DNA of 64,000 bases from Trichosphaerium sp. ATCC 40318 (lineage: Eukaryota > Protista > Tubulinea). The position numbers and the translations under genes are program-made. Position 1 is the stretch's first letter. The number at the start of each line of letters is the position of its first letter. Shown here piece after piece: positions 13,826-25,133 of the stretch. The stretch is from NCBI GenBank assembly GCA_038496445.1, contig JALMLS010000461.1:186001-250000 (forward strand), read 5' to 3'. The notes under the pieces were generated by a model that saw nothing but the letters and a program-made list of their open reading frames with translations, did not search any database and was not told where the DNA came from.

Positions 13826-16800
13826 ATGAGTAGGAAGCAACAGCCCTCCGTTAACGCGTACACGTTCTTGAACGAGACCAGGGAAAAATTGAGGGAAATA
13901 TCTCCTCAAGCGGTGCCACAAAACCGAACTGGTCAAAAACGACGCCGCGAGCCAGTTGAGCCAGATGCTAGATACCAGCAACTAGAGCAACAACTTCTCC
14001 GCTTAAATACACGTTTGCATCAATTAGAATCAATAGGGAATGGTGTTACCGCTAATGCGAATAGAAACGTACCTGAAGCAAGGTACCAACGATCAAATCT
14101 TTTTTGTTTGAAAAAAATTATTTAGCCGTTTGTAGGCAATATCAGCACCTAGCAAAAGCTGAGGCAGTAGTAAGTCAATTATTGCTCGAGAAAAAGTCGT
14201 TAGAACAAAAAGTTCAAGAACTCGTAGCAGAACGTCATCACTTGCGTAACGTGGTACGAGAAATTGTTTATTAACAAACAAATTATGCATAAATCGTATT
14301 TATTCAATACTGCTGTTGTACCTGGCCTAAAACCACTACAGCTACAGAATAAAAAAGCTAGAACAGCTCAACAACACAGAGGAGGCGGAAGACCACGTGC
14401 AGGACAGCAAGGTACGAAAATAAATAAAAAACGAGGAGAATCGCTACAAAAACTTTCTACGATGCAACCAGATTTTTTGAAGGGTGTTTCAACGTATAAA
14501 TTAGACCGGCGCTTCTATTTTTATTTTTTTTGAATCTTTTTAATTTTGCTTAGATGGTTCATCAAATGAAGGAATGCAACCTCCTGTGTACGTTGATTTA
14601 TTTTATTTCTCGAAATTAACGACATAATGATGTTTTTTTTGCGGTTTCATCGTTTTTCACATTTGTTTTCTACGCTCTTTTGTACCTGCGTTTTGAAGCC
14701 AATGCTTACTTTCGTGATAGCCGTGGGCCTCGTGTTCGCTACCCAAAGGGTTATAACCCTACTAAGAGGCGTTTTTCAGTCAGTAGCGAGTCGTTTTGTC
14801 CAGAAAGCTTTGTACACGTGGAACGTAAAGTTATAAAAAAGCCAGACGAAGTTCGAAAGCAAATACAAGCTGGTTTGATGGAGAATGTTCTTTTCAATCG
14901 CTTGCATGATACACAAATACAAGAAGTAGTTGATGCGATGCGTAGCGTGAAATTAAAGCCAGATGAAGTTGTTATTAAAGAGGGTACATAGACAACTCTT
15001 TTATATCGTTCTCTCTGTAGTATGTTCAAGTATTCTTATATATGGTGTAGGCACTTCTGGTGATGATATGTATGTCATCGATGAAGGAACAGTGGCTGTT
15101 CTCTATTCAGGTAAGTAAAAAAATATCATAACTTTTTGGCTGTTTTATGAAAAACGTGATTAAAAGCAAAATGTCAATTTTTGGCATCTTGTTGTTTTTT
15201 TTGTTTCCTTAAATATTTTTTAGAGGAACAAGTAGCCGAGTTGGGTCCTGGACGCGCGTTTGGTGAATTGGCGCTTATGTACAATTGTCCTAGAACTGCA
15301 ACAATCAAGGTACGATAATTTTGTATTTTTTGGATGCTTGTGACATAACTTGTGGTTGTTAGGCTATTACAGATTGTCAATTATGGGCTTTAGATAGAGG
15401 TACATTTAGACGTATAATTATGGAAGCATCCATCCGTAGACGACTTCAGTATGAGTCTTTCTTGTGCAAAGTACCTTTATTTGGTAAGCTCTAATTAACT
15501 CCTTTGTACACTCATCTCATATGTTAATATAGCTTCTCTATTGCCTTATGAGAGATCTAAAGTGGCTGACGCATTAGAAGCAGCACATTTTAAAGCGGTA
15601 TGTCATTGATACGCGACATAGTTTGCATTTTTTTGCAATTCCGACGCCTAATTTCCAAAAAAGGGTCAAGTCATTTTGGAGGAAGGTGCACAGGATAACG
15701 GCACTTTTTACATTGTAGAGAAAGGTCAAGTTATTTGTACAAAGAAACCGCCTAAAGAAGGTGTTGAACCAGCAGAGTCTCTACGTTTGGAAAGTGGTAC
15801 GTATCATATTAACAAAACTCTGCTGTGATTTCCTTGATTGTTATTAAATTGTTGCTCAGGTGGTTACTTTGGCGAATTAGCGCTTCTTACGAATAATCCT
15901 CGACAAGCTACTGTTACAGCAGTGAGTGATGTGGAGTGTTTATGCATTGCAAGGTATTAAAAGATGTTTTTTGAAATCAAGAAGCTTACTCTGATTGTTT
16001 AGAAAGCACTTTAATATGGTTATGGGTCCTGCTGTTGATATCTTAAAGCGTAATATGACAACATATAAAACATATGAAGAACTTGTTAAAGGCGCTGGTG
16101 GTGCTTTAGGTGAGATCGAAGCAATGGAAATTGAACCAGGTACCTTTTTTTGAAGAAAAATAAAAAAATTCTTATTGTTTGCGAAAAACCCCTCTGAGTC
16201 TGACTTTCTTCCAATTTCTTAGTTGATAGAAAAACTACATTGAAGAACTTGCTTAACAGTGAGGTGGAGTACACAGAGTGCTTGAATAAGATCGTAGATG
16301 TACGTTTTTTTTCATTTTTTATTTGTTGTATGATTAATTTCTTTTGTGTAGGGTTATATGGAAGCTATGGAGCAACGTAATGATTTAAAGATTTCAGTGC
16401 AAGAATCAGCAATATTATTTGCAAACGTTAAAGATATTCTTAACATCCATGATGCTCTGGTATTGTCTTGATTCTTATTTCTCTTTTTTTCTTTTTTTCG
16501 AAAAATACTTGTATTAAAACACATGCCATTTATTTGCTTCTGCTGCTTTTTGCTAACTTTTTTGTAGCTCCACGAATTTGAAAAATGCGCTCTTAATCCT
16601 GAACTCTCGATTGGTCCTCTGTTTACTCATTTGGTACGTTATACTTTTGCTATAGAGACATTACTACTTCACTGTATAATAATTATTAATTTTTTTTTAC
16701 AATTTAGGCTGAAGGTTTGAGGATATATAACGATTTTGTATCGCATTACTTCGCCAGTAAAATTGTGCTTGGAAAGAGCAAAAGTTTGCCATCATTCAAC

Positions 16801-17714
16801 AAATTTTTAAAGGTACGTGTCACGTTCTTTAGTGAGAACAAGAAAGTTTAGAAAATTTTTCTTTCACGTGAGTGTTCTTCGTTTGTCTTATATTTTCTTC
16901 GACAGGATGTACAAAGTAGCGCTTTGGTTGCTGGTGTTGAACTCGAAGACCTATTAGAAACAGTTTTCATGCGTGTAGGTGCCTATGTCAAACACATTAA
17001 GGTTCGTCCCATCTTTTCTTTGTTTTTTCTTGATTTCTAGTATCGTATTCTTACTTTTGTCTTTCGTCTCTTATGTGATTAATTAACCCTTCGCTTAGAA
17101 TTTGATGGAAACAACACATGAGGATCATATAGATGCAATGCTATTACCAAGATCAATGGAAAAAATCAAACAAGTCGACATTTCAATAAATCAATGCAAA
17201 CTTGTTGCAGAGACAGTATACAAGGCTCAAAAGACTATCTCTGGCGAATTCCAGGTAACTTTAAATTGTACCCTTCTTTATGTACAAAGTACTAAACGAT
17301 CTATTACTTCTAGAACCTAGTTGTACCAGGTCGTACACTTTTAAGAAGAGGTGATTTAGAAGATGTTCTTAGCAAGATTGTAATTCATTGCTTCTTGTTT
17401 AATGATATTATTGTTCTTTGTAAGCCTATTCCTATTGAGAAGGATGAGGTTAAACTGGTATATAATGGTATCATTAACCTATCACGTACGTTCTTGCACT
17501 CAAAAACGCCAGACATTGTCCAAGAAAACCAGAAGCGACTAGGAGTTTTTTCTTATTTTTTGTTTTAGAGTCGAAAGTTGAAGAAACAGATGAAGGATTT
17601 TGTGTTTCTTACAAGACTGATCAAGGCAAGGAACAGAAGTTTATTGGTAAAACGCCCCATAAGGATTGGTTTGAGGATTTAAAGTCCGCTATTGGTAGCA
17701 TAGGAAATGCTTGA
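13826..17714 (+). CDS. Fusion protein: coiled coil + PKA regulatory subunit-like module (inhibitor site, two cNMP-binding domains) + RhoGEF DH-PH
   Basis: KRRFSVSSE; [15 protein letters not shown]; [15 protein letters not shown]; no stop before intron 16140-16222; then [42 protein letters not shown] (DH) and [12 protein letters not shown]...[12 protein letters not shown]...WFEDLKSAI (PH); TGA 17712-17714. Confidence 0.85.
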
Positions 17715-18472
17715 AAGGTGTTGGAGTTCAAACGCATAAAAAAAGAAAAAAAAAAAAAAAAGAAAGACAAACTCTAATTAATACGAAGCCTTTCTACAAC
17801 ATTAGAGACCCTTTTTGGTTGCCCTTTACTTGTCCTTGTAAATAAATCATGACGTAAATCATTTAAAAGGTGTACAAGATCTTTGTTTGAGAAGAAACTG
17901 TCCACGCTTTCAGAGTTACCTTTTTTAAAGTGACTTGACAAAAATAGAGTGATTGAGGCCTTGTGCTTGCATGAACAAATGATACGTTCTGGATTCTCAT
18001 GTATAATAGCCAAAAGGCCGATAGGTAATGGGAATCCACAATACACAGGTGGCCATGAGAGCACCGAGAACACCACAACTTTGTTTGGTTTTTACTTTTC
18101 GCATTTTTCAAAAAAAAATATTGTGGGTTATATCATTATCGAACTATTGCTATTCCAACAGAAAATGTTCTTTTTAAGAAAACACAAGCAATTGTATTAT
18201 TAGGTAAATGGTTTGACAAACACCAAATCCAATGCCATTTCTATATTCAGTGAACAATGTGCGGTCAACACAATTTTGTTGTTTTATTAATAGTGAATTA
18301 CATCTTTTTGTATGTACGTATTTGTAGACCTTTCACTTCATTCTGATAAATGACCACGTGCTGGAAGTTTAAAAGACTGAAAAAGTTTATAACATTGTTG
18401 TGGTACACGACCAGTAAGCTCAAATTAAAACTTATGATTTTATTTGTTTTTGAACTGGTATGAGCTAGAAGT

Positions 18473-19615
18473 TTATAAATTCACACGTGTTCCAATCAGT
18501 GCTTTAGCCCCTTCTTCTGTTACCCGAGTGTTGTAAACTGAAACGTAACTTGAGCCCAAAAGTGCCTTAATGCCTTCATCTGTCACTGAAGTACCTGCAA
18601 GGTAAATAGTATCAACTCCAGCAAGCGCTTTAACTCCTTCATCTGTAACAACAGTACCTATAAGATTTATATTATGTACCCCAGCAAGTGCTTTAACTCC
18701 TTCATCTGTTACATCTGTGTTTTGTAAATAAATCATGTGCACACCTGCCAATGATTGGATGCCTTCATCTGCTACTGACGTGTTGTTAAGGTCAATAGTA
18801 TGAACGCCAGCAAGTGCCTTAATGCCTTCATCTGTGATTGAAGTGTGACCAAGGTAAATAGTATGAACACCTTTAAGCCATTTAATGCCTTCATCTGATA
18901 CTGAAGTACGAGCAATGTCGATATTGTGAACTCCAGTCAATACTTTAATGGATTCATCTGTTACTGAAGTCTGACGAAGATTAATTTTATAAACACCTTT
19001 GAGTGCTTTGACACCTTCATCTGTAACAGAAGTACCCCATAGATCTATAGTATGTACTCCAGCAAGCGCTTTAACACCTTCATTCGTTACTGAAGTATTG
19101 TTAAGATGTATAGTGTGAACACCAGCAAGAGCCTTAATGCCTTCATCTGTAACTGAAGTGAAACCAAGGTTTATAGTATGTACTCCAGCAAGTGCTTTCA
19201 CACCTTCATCTGTTAGAGTGTTACATAAAACAAGGTCAATTGTATGAACCCCTGCGAGTGCTTTAATGCCTTCATCTGTTACTGAAGTATCATTATGAAG
19301 GTAAATAGCTTGAACCCCCGCAAATCTTTTGACAATATTGTCATCAAAGCAACCACCAGTAAGTACAATTGTAGTGTGTCTGAGAATGCCCTGGTGTTGT
19401 AGAACTGATTCTGCTTGACTTACGGTTGTAATGGTGATAGAATCGTAGCCAATAATATCGTGGACGATAGATGCAAGGAAATGGCAAGTCTGGCAGGCTG
19501 CAAATTGCGATTTGGTTGTTTGGCTTAATATCCGTGCTAATATCTCTGTAGGTAGCTGTAGTAACCACGTACTGGTGGTGTCATCGAGTTTAATGCGTCC
19601 TGAGGAAGAAAGCAT
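18473..19615 (-). CDS. F-box-like/LRR protein, paralog 2 (intronless)
   Basis: LLQLPTEILARIL...CQTCHFL plus about 12 TSVTDEGxKALAGVHTIxL repeats. Confidence 0.88.
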   Translation of the reverse strand: MLSSSGRIKLDDTTSTWLLQLPTEILARILSQTTKSQFAACQTCHFLASIVHDIIGYDSITITTVSQAESVLQHQGILRHTTIVLTGGCFDDNIVKRFAGVQAIYLHNDTSVTDEGIKALAGVHTIDLVLCNTLTDEGVKALAGVHTINLGFTSVTDEGIKALAGVHTIHLNNTSVTNEGVKALAGVHTIDLWGTSVTDEGVKALKGVYKINLRQTSVTDESIKVLTGVHNIDIARTSVSDEGIKWLKGVHTIYLGHTSITDEGIKALAGVHTIDLNNTSVADEGIQSLAGVHMIYLQNTDVTDEGVKALAGVHNINLIGTVVTDEGVKALAGVDTIYLAGTSVTDEGIKALLGSSYVSVYNTRVTEEGAKALIGTRVNL

Positions 19616-19735
19616 AATAGCGTAGGTTTGAAGGTGTAGTTACTATGCGCCGTTTAGTACACGTGTTTTCTTGGTAGGTTAAATGACTGCAATGGTCTTT
19701 AGTAACTGTCTTTTTTTTTTACCCTCTATTTTCTC

Positions 19736-22458
19736 GTGATTGGTAATTTGCCAACTTTTTTTGTCAATTTGTCAATTCTGTCAACTATCTCTTACTATGT
19801 AGTGCAGGTAAGATGTGTGCTTGTAATAGGTAGTGATACCTCCAATAATATTCTGGTGTCATGGCATGGAAGTACAAATCACGTGGTTTTTTTTTTCACT
19901 GTAGGTTTGATCTACACAAGCTGTGTTACTTGTATGTCATTTCTACGCGTAGAAAAGCGCTGTAGCAGTATCTATGCTACCATTGAGTATTTTTAGGCTG
20001 AGTTTTTTACACAAAGGGTAAACTTGCTCTAACAGCGTTTGTTAGATGCATTTCCGTGTTTTCTGAAAGTTTGCGTGAGACTTAATAAGATTGAACACAC
20101 AATTAAACACTAGCAATGCTAACAGCACTAGAAAGATGCCCCACACGGCCAGCAACACCAACAATGGGCAATATTGGATTGCTGACATGGATGGAGTGCA
20201 ATACTCCTATTTTTTATTGTTCTCCTCAAAAAAGATGGGCTCGGCAGTACAGTCCCATCAGACATGCTGAAAAAGGCAATTTGACCACATGGTATTACCG
20301 TTGTAAAAACCGCCGTAAGTGCAAAGCTAAATTACAAATACTCTCAAAACATGGAAGAGGCACGTCAATACTAAACATAAAGGAAACTGAAGGTATTTTT
20401 ATTTGTTTTAAACAAAATGGTAAATATATTTGTTTAGGACATGTAAACGAGTGCTGTCCTGTGCACATATCGAAGCTGAAGCTCAATAATAGCGTTAAAA
20501 GGAGTATAGAACAAGATATTGAAAGAGGGATACCTCCGCTTAGTGTGGTACGTCAAATTATTCTAGACACTACCCTTATCATTTTCTGTACAGTATAAAT
20601 CATTTTTGGAGAATGATGCTCATGATCCGCTGAATTCGTCAGAAATACCTAGCACGGACAACATGGCATACCTTGCGCGTAAGGTACACCGTAGGCACGA
20701 AATGCACCACGAGGTATTATTTTTGGTTAATTAGAAATGTTTTTACACTAACACAAACTAGGTGTACTCAAACATTCGGTTAATGCATCCTTTGTCCTCA
20801 CGAATTGTTCAGGCAACGAATGATGTCATATCATTTGTTCACCCTGAGTTAAACACTTATTTACGTGATTTTGATAATAGTGTACTCTTTGTTGATGGCA
20901 CCTATGGAATAGCAGATATTAATGCGCAGGTGAGAGCTACACAGGCACAACTCTTCTTTATTTTTTTTTGTAGGCTTTGTTTTTTTGGGTGAAAGCAGAA
21001 GGAGCTAAGCGTACTAAAGGAACCTGCATTAGCTTTGCAATCATGCATGCCAAGAACCTTCCTGAGTATGAGTATGCATTCATGCATCTAAAAAGTGTAT
21101 GTGGAGTGCCTTTTCAGCGGTTGATGACTGATGGAGAAACAAATATGAAACGAGGTAAACTTTTTTGTATTTTTTGTTTAGAAGACTCATATTTTATTCA
21201 GCAGCTGTAAATGTACTGGGCCCTTTAAAAATATCCCAATGTATCTACCATATTGCTGAAGCGCACAGAAGAAAGCGTTCAGAGCTGGGTATGAAGAAAG
21301 AAGGGCGTGAAGAGGAGAATAGATGGTGTAAGTTGGTGTCAACAACTTTACTATATGAAAAAAATGAGAAAAAGTTTTATCGTTATTGGAATTCCTTTCA
21401 GAAGGAAGCACTTGAAAAAACAAATGACTGTAGAGCATACATTAAGTACCTAGCCAACACATACATGAATGTTACTGATGAAGTCACCAAGTACGTTATT
21501 CAATACTTGTTTATTAATTATTGCTTTTTTTTTTACCTTACATTTTTTATACCAGATGTCCTCCATCTACATGGGCGCTATGGACAGTTACTGATACCCC
21601 TTGGGAGCATACGCGTACCAATAACATCAGTGAGGGTAACAACAGTGCTGTTAAAAAGGTGCTCTCATATGAGGGTACAAGGAAACGTCCTTGTGATGTT
21701 GTTTTTTCTTCACTGGTAAAGTTTGCTACTTGCAGCTTAAAAGATGGTCAACGCACAGTTATTGGAATAGCTGTGGGCACACCTAAGAGTGTCACTTTAA
21801 AGAGGCGAAAAGATCAAGCTGAGAAAATTGAGAAGAGGTGTAAGTGACCAATACTGTTATGGTCTATGAAATTAACATTGTCAAAGTGAAGAAACTAAAT
21901 ACCCCGCTTTTGAAAATTAAAGCACAAAGACAAGCAAAAAGAGCTGCTAAAAAAAAAAAGATGGAGAAAAAGCAACGCCTCCAACATAATCAACGTCTTA
22001 AAGCTCCATTAAAGGTAAGTAAGAAGTTTTTTGGTTAATTAACATGACTGCAGCTACGAAGGAAAAAAACCATAACAATTAAAAAAAGTGTACTCAAAAA
22101 GTATCTCGCCAACCAACTTAAATAAATTTTATTGACTTTTAATTTGTTCTATTACGTACATACACTTTATTTTGATTTATAACGGCATATAAGTCCACTG
22201 AGGGGTGATTTTCAGTATCTGAAACAATTGAAAATGGTATTGTCGCTGAAAAAAAGTTTTGTCAACAAAATATTACACGTGTTCACACCTTTACCCAAAG
22301 CCAAAATCAGAATTCAAATACTATTCCATTGCCTTACATGTATCCAATGTAACTGTAGTCAAGTCAATCAACAATATAGCATGGTCAGAGTCATTGATAG
22401 CGGATTGACAAATAGTTGACAAAAAAAAGTTGACAAAAGTTGGCATTTTCCTAGTCAC
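19736..22458 (+). mobile_element. Mutator-like (MULE) DNA transposon, apparently complete
   Basis: Imperfect TIRs (GTGATTGGTAATTTGCCAACTTTT vs reverse complement GTGACTAGGAAAATGCCAACTTTT); flanking direct repeat CTATTTTCT at 19726-19734 and 22459-22467; internal transposase. Confidence 0.88.
20116..22120 (+). CDS. MULE transposase, intron-containing; 3' end approximate
   Basis: WYYRC...C...H zinc finger; catalytic motifs LFVDGTY, LMTDGE, CIYH, RTNNISEGNN. Confidence 0.85.
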
Positions 22459-22610
22459 CTATTTTCTGAATACACTACTATTTCGTGACTGCCCTTTTTA
22501 ATACAATATGACTTACGTACATTAAGGGTGCGGTGACTCAAAATATTGAACCCGCTTTTGGCCGCGGAATTGTAAAACACGTGTTTTGCTTTTAACAACA
22601 AATAAATGGC

Positions 22611-22678
22611 GTGATATTGCCGCTGATTTCTCCAATGACGAATACGTTGCTTAGTGGAGAAATCAGCGGCACTATCAC
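22611..22678. repeat. 24-bp-stem hairpin inside element A
   Basis: GTGATATTGCCGCTGATTTCTCCA (22611-22634) pairs 23/24 with 22655-22678; 20-nt loop. Confidence 0.9.
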
Positions 22679-22840
22679 TAATGTTTGCCCGGAAAACGCT
22701 TATAGGTACGTTAAATATTTAACACGGTTGACTGAGGCTTTTGATGTTGGTGATGACGCCCAATAACGCCACGAGAACTAAATTCGTTATATTGTGTACG
22801 TTATGATTCCACACCATCATAAAACACCAAAACACTAACA

Positions 22841-23550
22841 ATGGACAACCCAGGAGAAGTACTAGCGAGATTGCCAAATATAAAAAGATTGCCGACTAAG
22901 TACAATTATCAAGGAAGGCGACAAACACTTGAGGACATTATGCACCAAAGAAGTCAGATTTTCTTAAAACCGGTGATCCTTTTCATGCTTATCAGCGAGT
23001 TTTGGCCAATGACCTTAGGATTGTTCCTCTTGAGATAGCAAGACTGAAGCTTGCATTGATGATGAGGAATACCGAGAGAACAGGTACTTGCTTTAATTAT
23101 TTTTTTTTGATGAAAATCAAAAATTTATTTCTCCTCTTCCGCTTATTAGGTACTCTAACTTTTTACTCTCATTGACTGTTCTTTATTGTAGAAAGTGGAT
23201 GTCTTGTACTTACAGCTAACAACAGAAAGGACAATTGGGGATATCCTAGAGCTAAGATTGGTTACAAGAATTTCAAAATGGGACATTTGGTGAGATATTG
23301 CCGTGCTGGTTTTACTATTTACACTGAGGTTCCTGGTCTTGATGGAGATGACAAGTACATCATTTGGTCTGGTGTCAATAGAAGCAGGATTGATCTTAGC
23401 CATCGTTGCCACAACAAAGAGTGTATTGATTGTGAGCATGTGGTTTTTGAACCTTCTGTTGTAAATGTGGCCAGAAACAATTGTGCTTCCGCAGGCCAAT
23501 GTTTCCACCATAGATACAATGGCATTCAATTACCAGATTGTATCTTGTAA
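22841..23550 (+). CDS. His-Cys box (His-Me finger) endonuclease-like protein; spliced, with an apparent frameshift near 22960
   Basis: SGCL...WGYPR...GHLV...IDLSHRCHNKECIDCEHVVFEPSVVNVARNNC...QC..H...C matches the SHxCH...C...H...E...N..R..C zinc-binding loop of I-PpoI-type enzymes. Confidence 0.8.
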
Positions 23551-25133
23551 ACAAATTCTTGTTTCCAATAAAGGAATTTCTCAGTCATACAAATTCTATG
23601 TAGTAGGTACCTAAAATATTTACTTTGCTAGACCACCATTGGCAGCGAATATGATGCTATTATCACGTGATTTGTTCTTTCTGTTTTAGGTATTACAGTT
23701 TCCGTCAATTGACCTTTTCCTTAATATATCATCCTATTGATTGCACACTTCTGGTCACACAAATTCTGCATATAGGTACCTATGCGTATTTATAGCGGTT
23801 CTGGAATAAAATGGACTATTTTCTATGGCCTCGCATAGCCATTTCAAGCCCCTGAGCACAAGCGCCTTGGTGGATTACATGGCCAAAAGTTTTCGTTTGT
23901 CGCTAGCTGTATGAGTAACTGAAAATTTGCCAAAAAACAGCTAACTTTTTTACCCACGTTTAAATTTTGCTTATACTCTCTCAAACGCTTTACCCACACG
24001 TGTGGATATCATTTATATCCGTAACTGCTTACAAGATAAATCGTTTTATGTACTTTTCGTTTAAACTTTGTCAATAACGTCTCGCACGTGTGCTCGGCAC
24101 TTTTTAAACCCCTACCCCTAAAAGTGTTTATTTTAAAATAGGTTTTGACTTAAAAAAAGTATAATCGACTTTTTACTGACATTAATATTACACTCATTCA
24201 CTATTGAATTTTTTTAACTTACTTCTACGACAAATTATACACTGTGTTATTAGTCTATTCCTCAAATATTTTGTCATACAGTAATGTTTGACAAGTGATT
24301 TGCACAATTTCAAAAAAAGTAAAAAAATTATTTTTCTTAGTATGTATTCCAGCCGCTCAATTCTCAGGTATGTTATTCCCTCGCCATGTGCAAGGATGCT
24401 CAAAAAAAAAAAATTGAACTAGATGAATTTCTGTCATAGTGGAACCGGGGTGTTAAGTGAAATTAAGTCTCACCATTGGCAGCGAGATCACTACTAGACA
24501 CTTACACAATAGTTGTGTTTAAGTCATTGGGGTATAGGTACTCTAAGTGTTTTAGTCACAGCAATTAAATAAACTAAGTGTGTACCACAAGGTAACATTC
24601 AGTAAACCATTTTAATAGCAGCTATTGTCTACGTGGTAAAAACCACGTGGTCAAAGGCACTATTCAATGAACAACAAGTAACGGATCATAACACATGTGT
24701 ACAATGGCTTCCAATGCCCTGATTGTATCATTTTCTAAATAAACAACTGGTATAGGTAGTCTAAGGCTTTACCACCATTGACCATTGGCAGCGAGTTTGT
24801 TTTGCTTTTTTAGTGATGTTTTTTTTTGTTTTGTTGCCTCATGTTGCCTAGTAAACTGTGATCTGGTATCACAGTTTGCGTCTATTGAGGGATCACTTGT
24901 ACCTTTTTCTATTAAGTTGTCTGGGTATAGGTATGCTAACTGTGTTAAGTTACTGCACCCTTAAGTGGTGGCCACGTTTTTGTTTGTGAAATGTAGCTCC
25001 TTTGATACCTTAGGTTCTTTGTAATAGCAATGTTACAAACGAAATAGAATAGTGAATATTTTGGAGTCATTTAGAAGCGGATAAATTTTAATCAAGGAAA
25101 TTTTTTTTGAGCATTCAGAAAAACTAATATTTA

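Larger units (their letters stand above)
22526..24960 (+). mobile_element. TTAA-flanked Kolobok-like element A (2435 bp) carrying a His-Me finger endonuclease gene
   Basis: TTAA|GGGTGCGGTGACTCAA ... TTAAGTTACTGCACCC|TTAA (13/16 TIR match); TTAA at 22522-22525 and 24961-24964. Confidence 0.8.

Noticed and set aside
22841-23550. Group I intron homing endonuclease in rDNA (also 56230-56613)
   Set aside because: No rRNA flanks or recognisable ribozyme core; both genes sit inside TIR/TTAA-bounded elements.
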